Shown here: piece by piece, positions 9,677 to 19,363 of the stretch
Position numbering within the stretch: position 1 is the stretch's first letter
Layout of the letters: the number at the start of each line of letters is the position of its first letter
Assembly: GCA_050294405.1 (NCBI GenBank)
Contig: JBNKOC010000009.1
Span: 1-64,000 of the forward strand
Origin: Fibrobacteria bacterium
GTDB taxonomy: Bacteria; Fibrobacterota; Fibrobacteria; UBA11236; JADFYW01
DNA length: 64,000 bases
Direction: 5' to 3'
Translations under genes and position numbers: made by a program
Notes under the pieces: generated by a model
Seen by the model: the letters and a program-made list of their open reading frames with translations, nothing else
The model's database searches: none
What the model was told of the DNA's origin: nothing

Positions 9677-12553
9677 TTACTTTCTTTTGCCTTTTTTAGC
9701 CGCTTTTTTTGCAGTCTTTTTAACTGGTTTTTTAGCGACTTTCTTGGCTGCTTTTTTTACCACTTTCTTCGCGGCCTTTTTAGCTGTTTTAGCCGCCTTT
9801 TTTACAGTTTTAGTGGCTTTTTTAACAGCCTTCTTAGCTGCTTTTTTTGCGGCCTTTGCTGGTTTTTTAGCAGCGGGCTTGGAGCCGGCCAACTTTTCTT
9901 CCACTGCGGCTTGAGCGGCAGCTAAGCGGGCAATGGGCACGCGAAAAGGAGAACAACTTACATAGTTCAATCCTGTGCGATGACAGAATTTTACAGAGTT
10001 GGGTTCGCCACCATGCTCACCGCAAATGCCCAATTTAATGTTGGGTTTTACGGATTGGCCTTTGCTGACAGCTGTTTCTACCAATTGGCCTACACCAGTT
10101 TGATCCAAAACCTGGAAAGGATCTTCTGGCAATACTTTCTTGGAAGTGTAATCGCCCAAGAAAACACCAGCATCGTCACGGCTGTAACCGAAAGTCATTT
10201 GGGTTAAGTCGTTGGTGCCAAAGGAGAAAAAGTCGGCATCTTCAGCAATTTCATCGGCAGTTAAGGCTGCACGTGGAATTTCAATCATGGTGCCAATTAA
10301 TGTTTTCAACTTGGTGTTGTTTTCAGCCAGAGTTTCTTTAATAACGGCTTCGGCATTGGCTCTTAAAATGCTGAGCTCTTTGCGAGTGCCCACTAAAGGA
10401 ATCATGATTTCGGGAGTTAAGCCCAAGCCTTCTTTATTTACGGCGATGGCAGCGTTAATAATGGCCTTTACCTGCATGTCGTAAATTTCAGGATAGGTGA
10501 TTCCCAAACGACAACCTCTGTGTCCCAACATGGGGTTCATTTCAGAAAGGCTTTCTACTTTGGATTTGATTTTTTCCAAAGATACACCCATGGCCTGGGC
10601 CATTTCCAACTGCTCTTCTTCGCCATGTGGAACAAATTCATGTAAAGGAGGGTCTAACAAACGCACAGTAATGGGATAACCTTCCATAGCGCGGAAAAGG
10701 TCTGTGAAGTCCTGAGTTTGGATAGGCAACAATTTGGCAAGAGCGATTTCCCTGCCTGCCTTATCTTCGGCTAAAATCATTTCTCTGAAAAATACCAGAC
10801 GCTCGCCTTCAAAGAACATATGTTCGGTGCGGCAAAGGCCAATTCCCTGAGCGCCAAACTTAATAGCTTGTGCGGCATCGCGAGCGGTATCGGCGTTAGT
10901 GCGAACCACCAATTTTTTGGCCTTGTCCACCCACTCCATAAACACACCAAATTCACCGCCAAAGGCAGCAGGGATGGTGGAAACTTCGCCCTTCATCACT
11001 TCGCCTGAAGATCCGTTAATGGAAATCCAGTCGCCTTCGTTAAGAGTCATATCGCCAACAACAATAGTCTTGGCCTCGGCGCTGATTTTAAGAGCGCTAC
11101 AACCCGCTACGCAGGTTTTTCCCATGCCGCGGGCAACAACAGCAGCATGGCTTGTCATGCCACCACGGCCTGTTAAAATGCCTTCTGAGGAAATCATACC
11201 TTCGATATCTTCGGGCGAGGTTTCCTGACGGACCAAAATGGTTTTCTTGCCGTTTTCTTTCCAGGCAACGCTATCCGCAGCGGTAAATACTACTTGACCG
11301 GTGGCTGCGCCAGGGGAGGCGGGAAGACCAGTGGCCACAACATGTTTATCAGCTTTAGGATCAAAAGAAGGATGCAAAAGCTGGTTCAAAGAATCAGGAT
11401 CGACTCTCATAATAGCTTCGTCTTTGCTAATTAAACGTTCGCCTACCATGTCCACCGCAATTTTTACGGCAGCTGCGGCGGTGCGTTTTCCACTACGGGT
11501 TTGCAGCATCCAAAGTTTTTCTCTTTCGATGGTAAACTCGATGTCCTGCATGTCGCGATAGTGCTTTTCCAGTTTTTTGTAAACGGTTTCCAATTGTTTG
11601 TATACCTTGGGCATGGTTTCTTCCAAAGAAGGGCCATCGCCTTCTTTTTTACCAGCAATGCAAATGGGCTGAGGGGTACGAATACCAGCTACCACATCTT
11701 CGCCCTGGGCGTTGATTAAATATTCGCCGTAGAAAAGTTTTTCGCCAGTGGATGGGTTTCTTGTGAAAGCAACACCAGTGGCGCAGTCGTTTCCGGCATT
11801 GCCAAAAACCATGGATTGTACATTTACGGCAGTTCCCCATTCTTCGGGAATGCGGTTTAAACGGCGATATACTATGGCGCGTTCAACCATCCAACTTTTG
11901 AATACTGCTCCGATACCGCCCCAAAGTTGTTCTTCGGGTTCTTCGGGGAAGGGTTTTCCTGTGTGGGAGCGTGTTATTTCTTTAAAAACGCCAACCAGTT
12001 CTTTTAATTTTTCAGCACTGAGTTCATTGTCGTTTTCAACGCCTTCTTCTTCTTTGACTTTCTCCAGGGCTTTTTCGAAATAGTCGGAATGTACGCCCAA
12101 TACAACATCGGAATACATCATAACAAAACGGCGATAAGAATCGTAGGCAAAACGGGCATCGCCGGAAGCATTAATTAACCCTTGGATAGTAACATCGTTA
12201 AGACCCAGATTTAATACGGTATCCATCATGCCGGGCATGGAAACACGGGCGCCGGAACGAATGGAAAGAAGCAAAGGGTTAGTGGGGCTGTTGAATTTTT
12301 TGCCCATGTCTTTTTCAATTTTAGAAAGGGCTTTTTTAACTTCGGATTGCAAGGAAGCGGGATATTTATGACCGTTCTGATAAAAATAAGTACAAACTTC
12401 TGTGGTAATAGTAAAACCGGAGGGTACAGGTATTCCAATGGAACACATTTCAGCCAAGTTGGCTCCTTTGCCTCCCAACAGATTTTTCATGGACGACTTT
12501 CCCTCGGATTTATGAGATCCGAAGTAATACACATATTTTTTAGAGCTGGCCAT
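9677..12553 (-). CDS. ppdK: Pyruvate, phosphate dikinase with Lys/Ala-rich C-terminal tail
   Basis: LLGGKGANLAEM, SMPGMMDTVLNLG, GGMTSHAAVVAR phospho-His, FSFGTNDLTQ, GICGEHGG. Confidence 0.97.
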   Translation of the reverse strand: MASSKKYVYYFGSHKSEGKSSMKNLLGGKGANLAEMCSIGIPVPSGFTITTEVCTYFYQNGHKYPASLQSEVKKALSKIEKDMGKKFNSPTNPLLLSIRSGARVSMPGMMDTVLNLGLNDVTIQGLINASGDARFAYDSYRRFVMMYSDVVLGVHSDYFEKALEKVKEEEGVENDNELSAEKLKELVGVFKEITRSHTGKPFPEEPEEQLWGGIGAVFKSWMVERAIVYRRLNRIPEEWGTAVNVQSMVFGNAGNDCATGVAFTRNPSTGEKLFYGEYLINAQGEDVVAGIRTPQPICIAGKKEGDGPSLEETMPKVYKQLETVYKKLEKHYRDMQDIEFTIEREKLWMLQTRSGKRTAAAAVKIAVDMVGERLISKDEAIMRVDPDSLNQLLHPSFDPKADKHVVATGLPASPGAATGQVVFTAADSVAWKENGKKTILVRQETSPEDIEGMISSEGILTGRGGMTSHAAVVARGMGKTCVAGCSALKISAEAKTIVVGDMTLNEGDWISINGSSGEVMKGEVSTIPAAFGGEFGVFMEWVDKAKKLVVRTNADTARDAAQAIKFGAQGIGLCRTEHMFFEGERLVFFREMILAEDKAGREIALAKLLPIQTQDFTDLFRAMEGYPITVRLLDPPLHEFVPHGEEEQLEMAQAMGVSLEKIKSKVESLSEMNPMLGHRGCRLGITYPEIYDMQVKAIINAAIAVNKEGLGLTPEIMIPLVGTRKELSILRANAEAVIKETLAENNTKLKTLIGTMIEIPRAALTADEIAEDADFFSFGTNDLTQMTFGYSRDDAGVFLGDYTSKKVLPEDPFQVLDQTGVGQLVETAVSKGQSVKPNIKLGICGEHGGEPNSVKFCHRTGLNYVSCSPFRVPIARLAAAQAAVEEKLAGSKPAAKKPAKAAKKAAKKAVKKATKTVKKAAKTAKKAAKKVVKKAAKKVAKKPVKKTAKKAAKKGKRK

Positions 12554-12695
12554 TAGGTTCTCCTTAAAAGGTTTATTGTATGGGGTTTCATATCAAAAAA
12601 ATTCGGCCTGAAATTTAATAGGTTGCAGGGGGAACGGCAACTCCGAAGCCTAATTTTACCCAGATGGAAGACAGAAAAATCTAAATTAAAATCCT

Positions 12696-13361
12696 ATGAA
12701 ATATGATTTTTACAACACCGGCAATTTGTACAAACCAAAACTTGCCATTCAGGCCAGAAATAGGCTCCACAGGATCCTTTTAGAGGGTTTAAACCCCAAA
12801 AGTATTTTGGAAGTGGGAGTGGGCTTTGGCGAATTGGCAAAATTTTGTTTGGAAAGAAATGTCCAATGGACCGGAGTAGACGCCAACCAAAACCTCATTG
12901 ACACACTGAGCGCTGAGGGTTTCAAACTCTACCGTGCTAATATGCCGGAGTTCCCCCAAATAGAAGAGAACTTTCAGATTATTTTTGCCGCCCACTTTAT
13001 CGAACATCTTAAGGATTATTCCGAAGCTTTTCAGTTTTTGGAGCAGTCCAAAAAACTGTTGGAAAAAAACGGGGGAGGGCATGTTGTTTTGCTCTTTCCG
13101 GATATTGAAAAAATCGGCCATTACTTTTGGCAGGACTATACCCACTCGTTTGTGACCACAAAAAAGCGTATTGAGGATATGTTGTATGATGCGGGCTACA
13201 AGTTAGAAAGAAGCGGCCATTACACTGCCTGTTTTTTTGCCAGTTCCACTTTAATTAGCCTTGCGGGGAAAGTGTTTCCTTATTTTTTACTACCCAGAAA
13301 ACAAGCAGAATTTGCCCGTCTCTCTTTCCAACAACATGGCTATGCCATAGCGAGGGTTTAG
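12696..13361 (+). CDS. Class I SAM-dependent methyltransferase
   Basis: ILEVGVGFG motif I, GVD, HFIEHL, WQDYTH. Confidence 0.85.
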   Translation: MKYDFYNTGNLYKPKLAIQARNRLHRILLEGLNPKSILEVGVGFGELAKFCLERNVQWTGVDANQNLIDTLSAEGFKLYRANMPEFPQIEENFQIIFAAHFIEHLKDYSEAFQFLEQSKKLLEKNGGGHVVLLFPDIEKIGHYFWQDYTHSFVTTKKRIEDMLYDAGYKLERSGHYTACFFASSTLISLAGKVFPYFLLPRKQAEFARLSFQQHGYAIARV

Positions 13362-13366
13362 CCTAA

Positions 13367-13722
13367 GGGCAGCTTTAAAAATTGGTCGTCGCTTTGCTCC
13401 TTCAAACTCGAATAGGTTATTCATAAGCTCCCTCGGGTGCCCTCGAGGCCGTGAGGTTCCCCATCTCGCTTTTTTCGAGCTGGGGCCCAAAGGCAGGGTG
13501 TTTCACTCTTCCTCAAAATAGTCGTCACAAATTCCATTTGTTTCCTTTAAGCTCGATAAGTCTCGGCATTAAGGTTTCTCGGTTCCTCATTTATAACACA
13601 TAAACTCCGGTTATTGGGCGTCGCAAGCTCCTTCAAGCTCGCCATGTCTTTAATTTACGTATCCTCGGTTCATCATCGTGTGCCTCGCTCACAACAACGA
13701 TCATCAATTTTTAGAGCTGCCC
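13367..13722. mobile_element. Non-autonomous TIR element (MITE-like), copy 1, with three internal tandem units
   Basis: Left end GGGCAGCTTTAAAAATTG, right end CAATTTTTAGAGCTGCCC (17/18 inverted match); ends shared with 25337-25806; flanks CTAA/CTTA; no transposase. Confidence 0.85.
13397..13676. repeat. Three degenerate units YTCCTTYAARCTCG-N20/21-YCTCGG(TTCMTCAT)
   Basis: Left motifs at 13397-13410, 13542-13555, 13628-13641; right motifs start at 13431, 13577, 13663; a fourth unit is at 25713-25760. Confidence 0.8.
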
Positions 13723-13729
13723 CTTATTT

Positions 13730-14863
13730 TTATCCTAACTTAAAGCCCAGATCTTTAAGCTCTTCCGGCAGGCTCTGGGAATCGGAATCAGCAAATAACT
13801 TGTATGCGGAAAAATCTCTTCTTTCCGGAAAATTTTTCCGAAGGGCATCAAAACCAGCTCCCGGATTTTGAGACTGGAGGGATTGCCTTAGCTTAAAATC
13901 CTCAGATGTAAAATCAAAAATTTCATGGGCAAGACTTTCCATTTGCAAAAGCTTTGAGGAAGGCTTCCAATTAAGGCTTAATTTTTTTTCTAAAAGCGGC
14001 CAGTCCATATCTCCAGGGGGCAGATTAAAAAAATGGCAAAATTCTTCATATATCATAAAGCTGCCTCTTATTTTTCCCTCCGCAGAATAACCGGCAATAT
14101 GAGGAGATACATAGTCACAAACATCCACCAGTTCTGGTAAAATTAAGGGCTCATTGGGAAATACATCCAGCACCAGTGAGTTTTTAGGATTTTGCTTTTT
14201 CCAATTAATAAGGGATTCGGAATGGATAATAGGGCCGCGGGATGTATTTATTATTAATTCCGCTTGCCTGAGCCCTTCTAAAAAGTTTTGGTTAATAAGC
14301 CCCAGAGTTTTATGGGGACCTTCTTTGCTTAGGGGAACGTGGAAGCTTAAAAAATGGGATTTTTCTATTAGGCTGGAATAGTCCACCAAAGGGTATTTGC
14401 CTGGGTGGCTTTTTTCAAGAGGTGGATCGCAGGCGAGTACATTGAGCCCAATGGCCCTTGCTTTTGGAGCCAGGTTTTTGCCCACATTGCCAAAGCCCAC
14501 AATACCCAAAGTTTTATTTTCCAGGTTTATTTTTTTTTGGCGGTGGAGCTTTAAAAGCATGCTAATGACATAATCTCCCACCGCATTGCAATTGCAGCCT
14601 GGGGCATAGGCAAATCCAATCTTATTTTTATCTAAATAAGGCAAATCTATGTGGTCTGTTCCAATGGTGGCTGTCCCTACAAATTGAATAGTTGAGTCCT
14701 TTAGTAAATCCTCGTTTACTTTTGTCACAGACCGCACAATAAGGGCTTGGCTATCTTTTAGCTGTTCCCTGGAAAGAGAGCGGCCTTCAAAAAATTCAAC
14801 CTCGCCATGGCTGCCGAAAAGCTCTCTGCCTAGAGGGATATTGGAATCCACCAAAATTTTCAT
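13730..14863 (-). CDS. pdxB: 4-phosphoerythronate dehydrogenase
   Basis: VRSVTKVN, GTATIGTDHID, APGCN, GFGNVG, INTSRG, LDVFPNEP, PHIAGYSAEGK. Confidence 0.93.
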   Translation of the reverse strand: MKILVDSNIPLGRELFGSHGEVEFFEGRSLSREQLKDSQALIVRSVTKVNEDLLKDSTIQFVGTATIGTDHIDLPYLDKNKIGFAYAPGCNCNAVGDYVISMLLKLHRQKKINLENKTLGIVGFGNVGKNLAPKARAIGLNVLACDPPLEKSHPGKYPLVDYSSLIEKSHFLSFHVPLSKEGPHKTLGLINQNFLEGLRQAELIINTSRGPIIHSESLINWKKQNPKNSLVLDVFPNEPLILPELVDVCDYVSPHIAGYSAEGKIRGSFMIYEEFCHFFNLPPGDMDWPLLEKKLSLNWKPSSKLLQMESLAHEIFDFTSEDFKLRQSLQSQNPGAGFDALRKNFPERRDFSAYKLFADSDSQSLPEELKDLGFKLG

Positions 14864-14978
14864 GCAGCAAAATTAATTCAAAATGACTCCAAATTCAGTG
14901 GATTCTTTTTTAGATGGATTCCAGGGGAAATTATATTTTAGAGTCAGGCTGTTTGTTGGCCTCAACAAGGAAAAGAAA

Positions 14979-15896
14979 TTGGATTTAACCCAGTGGATAA
15001 ATAAAGAGCTAAACCCCGTCGTATCCAAGCTCCAAAAGGGAATAGAAAGCGGTGGCCTTAGCTATGGCAAGCAGGGAGTGCATTCCCACCATCAAAGATT
15101 AATTCTGGATGCTTTAGACAAGTTGCTTTCGGTACTGTTTCCAGGAACTCTGGGTGATGAAAGCTTAGAGCAAACGGATTTAAATCTTTATCTATGCGAT
15201 CAATTGCGCTGGCTGGCTCCTAATTTAAGCAATCAAATTGAGCATTTTTTAATATATGAATCTGAGCGTTTGGGTAGTCCCAGAAAAGAGTGCAGGCCAA
15301 GAGCCCAGAAGGCGGCTATTTCTTTAATCCAGGAATTGCCCAAAATCCGCAAGACCTTGTTAAAAGATATTGAGGCGGCGTACGAAGGGGATCCTGCGGC
15401 TATATCTTTAGATGAAGTTTTAATCACTTACCCCTGTGTGGACGCTATTGCAACCCACCGCATTGCCCATCATTTGTATAAAAGCGGTATTCCCATTGTG
15501 CCTAGGATTATGTCCGAGCGTGCTCACTCTCGCACGGGTATTGATATACATCCGGGAGCTACCATTGGGCCTTCTTTTTTTATTGATCACGGAACCGGGG
15601 TTGTGATTGGAGAAACCACCGTAATTGGAAAATCCGTAAAGTTATATCAGGGAGTTACCCTTGGGGCTTTAAGTTTTCCTAAAGATGAAAATGGAAATCC
15701 CATTAAGGGTATTAAACGCCACCCTAACATAGAAGACGGAGTGGTTATTTATGCGGGGGCCACCGTTTTGGGCGGGGACACCACTATTGGAAAAAACTCC
15801 ATTATTGGAGGTAGTTGTTGGGTGACCCATAGCGTGCCTCCAAATACTTTGGTTACTATGGAAAGCCAGGAAACAAAAATCAAGAAAAAAAATTAA
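14979..15896 (+). CDS. cysE: Serine O-acetyltransferase (long N-terminus type)
   Basis: GDPAA, TGIDIHPGA, FIDHGTGVVIGET, YQGVTLGA, KRHP. Start tentatively TTG 14979 after AAGG; the track start 14883 leaves only 19 bp to the divergent pdxB. Confidence 0.88.
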   Translation: MDLTQWINKELNPVVSKLQKGIESGGLSYGKQGVHSHHQRLILDALDKLLSVLFPGTLGDESLEQTDLNLYLCDQLRWLAPNLSNQIEHFLIYESERLGSPRKECRPRAQKAAISLIQELPKIRKTLLKDIEAAYEGDPAAISLDEVLITYPCVDAIATHRIAHHLYKSGIPIVPRIMSERAHSRTGIDIHPGATIGPSFFIDHGTGVVIGETTVIGKSVKLYQGVTLGALSFPKDENGNPIKGIKRHPNIEDGVVIYAGATVLGGDTTIGKNSIIGGSCWVTHSVPPNTLVTMESQETKIKKKN

Positions 15897-15904
15897 CACT
15901 GATT

Positions 15905-16999
15905 TTGTCTCAAATTCATATAGCACAAGTTGGCCCCGCAGGATACATTCACTGCGGAATTTTGGATTATGCGAATTTTTTACAATTGGGTTTTGAAAAA
16001 TATGTCCATTGCCAATACCTTTCCTACGATGAAGCCCTTGAACAAAATAATTGGGAAAAATTTGATGCGGTTTATGTGCATTACGAACGTTCCCTCCTAC
16101 CCAATATTGACAAACTGAAAAAACTCGGGGCGGCTCTCGGAAAAAAAGGTTTTTTAATTCCCCATGAAATATATGAAGAGGACCCATTTGCTTTTCCTTA
16201 CCACAAAGTGGATTCTAAGCTGGCATTCCTTAGAGCTTTAAAAAAATGGCTGTATCGCCGTAAACATCAGAATTTTTTTCAGGAAAAAGAAATTCAAAAG
16301 AAAAATTATTTTTTTGAGAATGTAGTTTGTTTATCCCGCTCCAATCACAAGCAACTTTTGGCTAAGGGCGCACGGCCTTTAGATAGCATCATCCCCCTTG
16401 CAGCTCCCGATGCAAAAAACTTTGGAAGTCCGAAAGCCACACCGCAGATTTTTGTGGCCAACAGTTCTTTTTCCCTGAGGTGGATTGCCGTTTTTGGTTT
16501 TATCAACCCTGCGAATGATTATCAAATATTATTTGATTTGCTAAAAGAACTTCCAAGCAATTTTAACCTTATATTAATTGGTGGGGATAAGGGGAATCAT
16601 CAGCTCCTTGAAGATATTAAAATCAATGTCAGTAACATGGGGCTTGGCCAGCGCTTTTATTATACCGGTTATCTGCAACCTGATGAAATCACCAGCTATC
16701 TGCAACATTGCCATTTTTTTATCTGCCCCTTTAAACACAAAAGCAACTCCTCTTCTATTTTGCAGCTTTTTTCTTTTGGAAAGCCCATTTACGGGTCTAA
16801 AATTCCCATTCTTGAGGAATTAAAACAAATGGGGGCTCCCATTGAAATTTATCAGAATGTAAGGGATTTAAAAGAAAAACTTTTGGCCCAGGAACAACAA
16901 GCTGCAGCTATTGAAAATCGTTACCCTTACAGCTTATCCAAAGTATGTGGGGAATATTTGAAAATAGCCGGATTAGATGTTAATGGAGATTCTCAGTAA
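15905..16999 (+). CDS. Glycosyltransferase, GT-B fold (GT4-like)
   Basis: CGILDY N-terminus, HE, VFGFINP, TGYL, FSFGKPIYGS; TTG start. Confidence 0.7.
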   Translation: MSQIHIAQVGPAGYIHCGILDYANFLQLGFEKYVHCQYLSYDEALEQNNWEKFDAVYVHYERSLLPNIDKLKKLGAALGKKGFLIPHEIYEEDPFAFPYHKVDSKLAFLRALKKWLYRRKHQNFFQEKEIQKKNYFFENVVCLSRSNHKQLLAKGARPLDSIIPLAAPDAKNFGSPKATPQIFVANSSFSLRWIAVFGFINPANDYQILFDLLKELPSNFNLILIGGDKGNHQLLEDIKINVSNMGLGQRFYYTGYLQPDEITSYLQHCHFFICPFKHKSNSSSILQLFSFGKPIYGSKIPILEELKQMGAPIEIYQNVRDLKEKLLAQEQQAAAIENRYPYSLSKVCGEYLKIAGLDVNGDSQ

Positions 17000-18706
17000 A
17001 ATTCCATTTTCGTATTCAAAACGAAGTGGAGAGCTTCGACCGGTTTCGGAAAGTTTGTCATTCATTTCAAATAAGTAACTCAGTTCTAAATAACGCGTGA
17101 TGTTAAAACGAACATCCGTTAAAAATTCTTCAACCTTGTAAGCGTAAGGATTTCCATTTTCGAAAAAAAGTTCTGTTTGTAAATCCACTGTAAGCCTGCT
17201 GCCAAGGCGCAGCCTGCTATTTATAGTGTTTTCTAAGCCAACTTCAAATTTGGAAGGCAACGGCGCCCAAATATTTCGGGTTTCGCTTACTCTGCTTAGC
17301 TGGTCCCGGGTATAAGTTTGTCGAACCCCAAGCCCTAACTGGGTGGAAAATTCAAAATTGTAATTGGTAATCAGCTCGAAATTAGCTCCGCCCCCAGCTC
17401 CCAGTAGCAATGGAAAAATAGAGGGCGTTATTTCAAATTCCTCTAAGTTTTTTCCCCGAAGTGAAGTAATGGTATCGCCTTCCACAATAAAATCCTGGCG
17501 AGGCATTGCCCCATCTGTTATGGACTGGGTGATATAATGTAAGTATTCCCCATCTTCATCTTTAATAAAAGCTGTGTCATTTTCTGAAGCAATGGCCTGG
17601 TATTGGGGGAAAAAATGAGATTCCACTTTTGCGCTTAAATAAGGCCCCACATATTTATTTAAGCGCCTTACCCAGGAACTTCTTATGCGGATTTCGTCTG
17701 TAACAGAGCTAACATCTTCGTTTTTTTCCCATTGGAAAATGTTTTTAGTGCGCAGCTCATTAATGCCAAAATATTTGGTATTGTCATATTTTGCTCTGAA
17801 TTTAAAATCTAAAAGAGCGCTAACCGTGCGGGAGGTTTCTTCAAAATTGATGATTTTGTTATTCAAGCTAACATTGCCGCCAATTCTGGCTCCGTATTTC
17901 CAGTTCACACCTGCTTGCCGCCGAGCCCTTACATCTTTTACACCTCCGGCAATGAGTTCCCCCTCCTCGGAATAAACCAGTTCCACCACCGTCAATTCTC
18001 CGGGATTGAGCTGCACGGTAATGTAATTTTTAACAGAGCCAAAACTTTCGCCAACTTTTGTGATTTTATATAGACCCGGCTTTAAAATCCAGGTTCTTAA
18101 ATCTTTAATTCGTTCCTCTTCAAGTCCATAACCCTTGCCTAAGGGCTCTGAATTGTTCATGCTAAAAAGGTCGTATTCATGGCTCTTGTAATCGCCGTTT
18201 TCATCCAGCACTTCCACCACAAGCCCGGACCATTCTGGTTTTACAATAGTGGTTTTTCCCTCTTTAATAGAAACCAAATATTTCATTTTTTGATCCAGGG
18301 TTCCCGATCCAATACGAATTAAATAACTGCCTTCCTCCAGCAATATTCTTTCACCCGGTTGGCCGGGAGTTAACTTGTCATCGCCCTTGTATACAATTAC
18401 TTCGGGTTCAAGCCGGGGTTCGCTCATGGTTGGCACAAACAGCGCACCATATCCCATTCCAATTAAGGTTTTATCACGGGCGAGCTGTTCATTAATAGAA
18501 GGAGCCTGCCATTTATTTTTTTTTGGAGGTTTTGGCGCGGACAACTCTGTAACCTGGGATTCCGATTTCTTTAAAGAGCTTTCGGTTTCCGTAACTTCCT
18601 CCCCTGGCAAATCGGGAGCTGGTTCACTCCAGATACATACGCATAATGCCAAAAGGATAACGAGAGGTTTTGGCTTAATGGAGATTAAATTCAGAAAATT
18701 AATCAT
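16973..18706 (-). CDS. Exported protein, probable C-terminal outer-membrane beta-barrel
   Basis: Signal peptide, beta-sandwich-like N-terminal half, amphipathic beta strands ending ILLRISINI; last gene of the MCE operon. Confidence 0.6.
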   Translation of the reverse strand: MINFLNLISIKPKPLVILLALCVCIWSEPAPDLPGEEVTETESSLKKSESQVTELSAPKPPKKNKWQAPSINEQLARDKTLIGMGYGALFVPTMSEPRLEPEVIVYKGDDKLTPGQPGERILLEEGSYLIRIGSGTLDQKMKYLVSIKEGKTTIVKPEWSGLVVEVLDENGDYKSHEYDLFSMNNSEPLGKGYGLEEERIKDLRTWILKPGLYKITKVGESFGSVKNYITVQLNPGELTVVELVYSEEGELIAGGVKDVRARRQAGVNWKYGARIGGNVSLNNKIINFEETSRTVSALLDFKFRAKYDNTKYFGINELRTKNIFQWEKNEDVSSVTDEIRIRSSWVRRLNKYVGPYLSAKVESHFFPQYQAIASENDTAFIKDEDGEYLHYITQSITDGAMPRQDFIVEGDTITSLRGKNLEEFEITPSIFPLLLGAGGGANFELITNYNFEFSTQLGLGVRQTYTRDQLSRVSETRNIWAPLPSKFEVGLENTINSRLRLGSRLTVDLQTELFFENGNPYAYKVEEFLTDVRFNITRYLELSYLFEMNDKLSETGRSSPLRFEYENGILLRISINI

Positions 18707-19361
18707 TAACCTCTTCTTCTTCTCTGATTTCTCGTACGGTATTTTTTCTGGAATCGGCAGTTAGCAATTTATGGATTTCGTCCATAGCTTTGTTTAAACT
18801 GTGTTCCAGCAAAAAAGAAAGCTCCCGAACCACATAGACCGGCTCATGCTGTTCCACCACTTTTCTAACATCAAAGGTTTTTGTCCAGATCTGGGTACGT
18901 GTACCGCTGTCTTCCAATTGCAAGGTCATGGCCAAATGGGCGTACCATTTTTCCTGGTTGTCATATTCTTCAAGCGCCAAGATTTGTCCGCTTAAACTGT
19001 AATCTGGTTTGGCATCGGCAATGGAACGAATGGTGTTTTTAAAAAGCTGGGATTTCTGCACATGTTTAAAGACCATGTCGCTAATTAAATGTTCGGGTTT
19101 AACTGCCCATTGGTGAAAATTGTAAAAGCGCAGTTCATGGGCTGATTTTCGATAGACAATTTCAGGGCGTCGATAGGCTTCGGCCACGTCAAAATCTTTA
19201 ATTCTTAAAATATAAGGCAGGGGTTTTACACCCTTTTCCATGGTCAGGTTCGTAGGAACATAGTCCAACATGTAATATCTCTGAACGGGAGCTTTGGAAA
19301 AACAACCCTGAAATATTAAGGATAGCGTTAGGACTCCTAAATATTTTTTCAATGATTTCAT
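18699..19361 (-). CDS. PqiC-like ABC transport auxiliary lipoprotein
   Basis: Lipobox FQGC, YYML, IVYR, HQWAVKP, DYSLSG; follows the MCE gene. Confidence 0.82.
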   Translation of the reverse strand: MKSLKKYLGVLTLSLIFQGCFSKAPVQRYYMLDYVPTNLTMEKGVKPLPYILRIKDFDVAEAYRRPEIVYRKSAHELRFYNFHQWAVKPEHLISDMVFKHVQKSQLFKNTIRSIADAKPDYSLSGQILALEEYDNQEKWYAHLAMTLQLEDSGTRTQIWTKTFDVRKVVEQHEPVYVVRELSFLLEHSLNKAMDEIHKLLTADSRKNTVREIREEEEVND

Positions 19362-19363
19362 AA

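Noticed and set aside
9660..9914. Hydrophobic Ala/Phe-rich ORF on the + strand
   Set aside because: Antisense shadow of the Lys/Ala codons in the ppdK tail.
13397..13676. CRISPR array interpretation of the repeated units
   Set aside because: Bipartite degenerate repeats, uneven periods (145 and 86 bp), cores partly related to each other, enclosed by TIRs, and no cas genes in the window.
13290..13871. ORFs 13290-13490 (-) and 13614-13871 (+) as genes of the element
   Set aside because: They cross the element boundaries, overlap real genes and show no transposase features.
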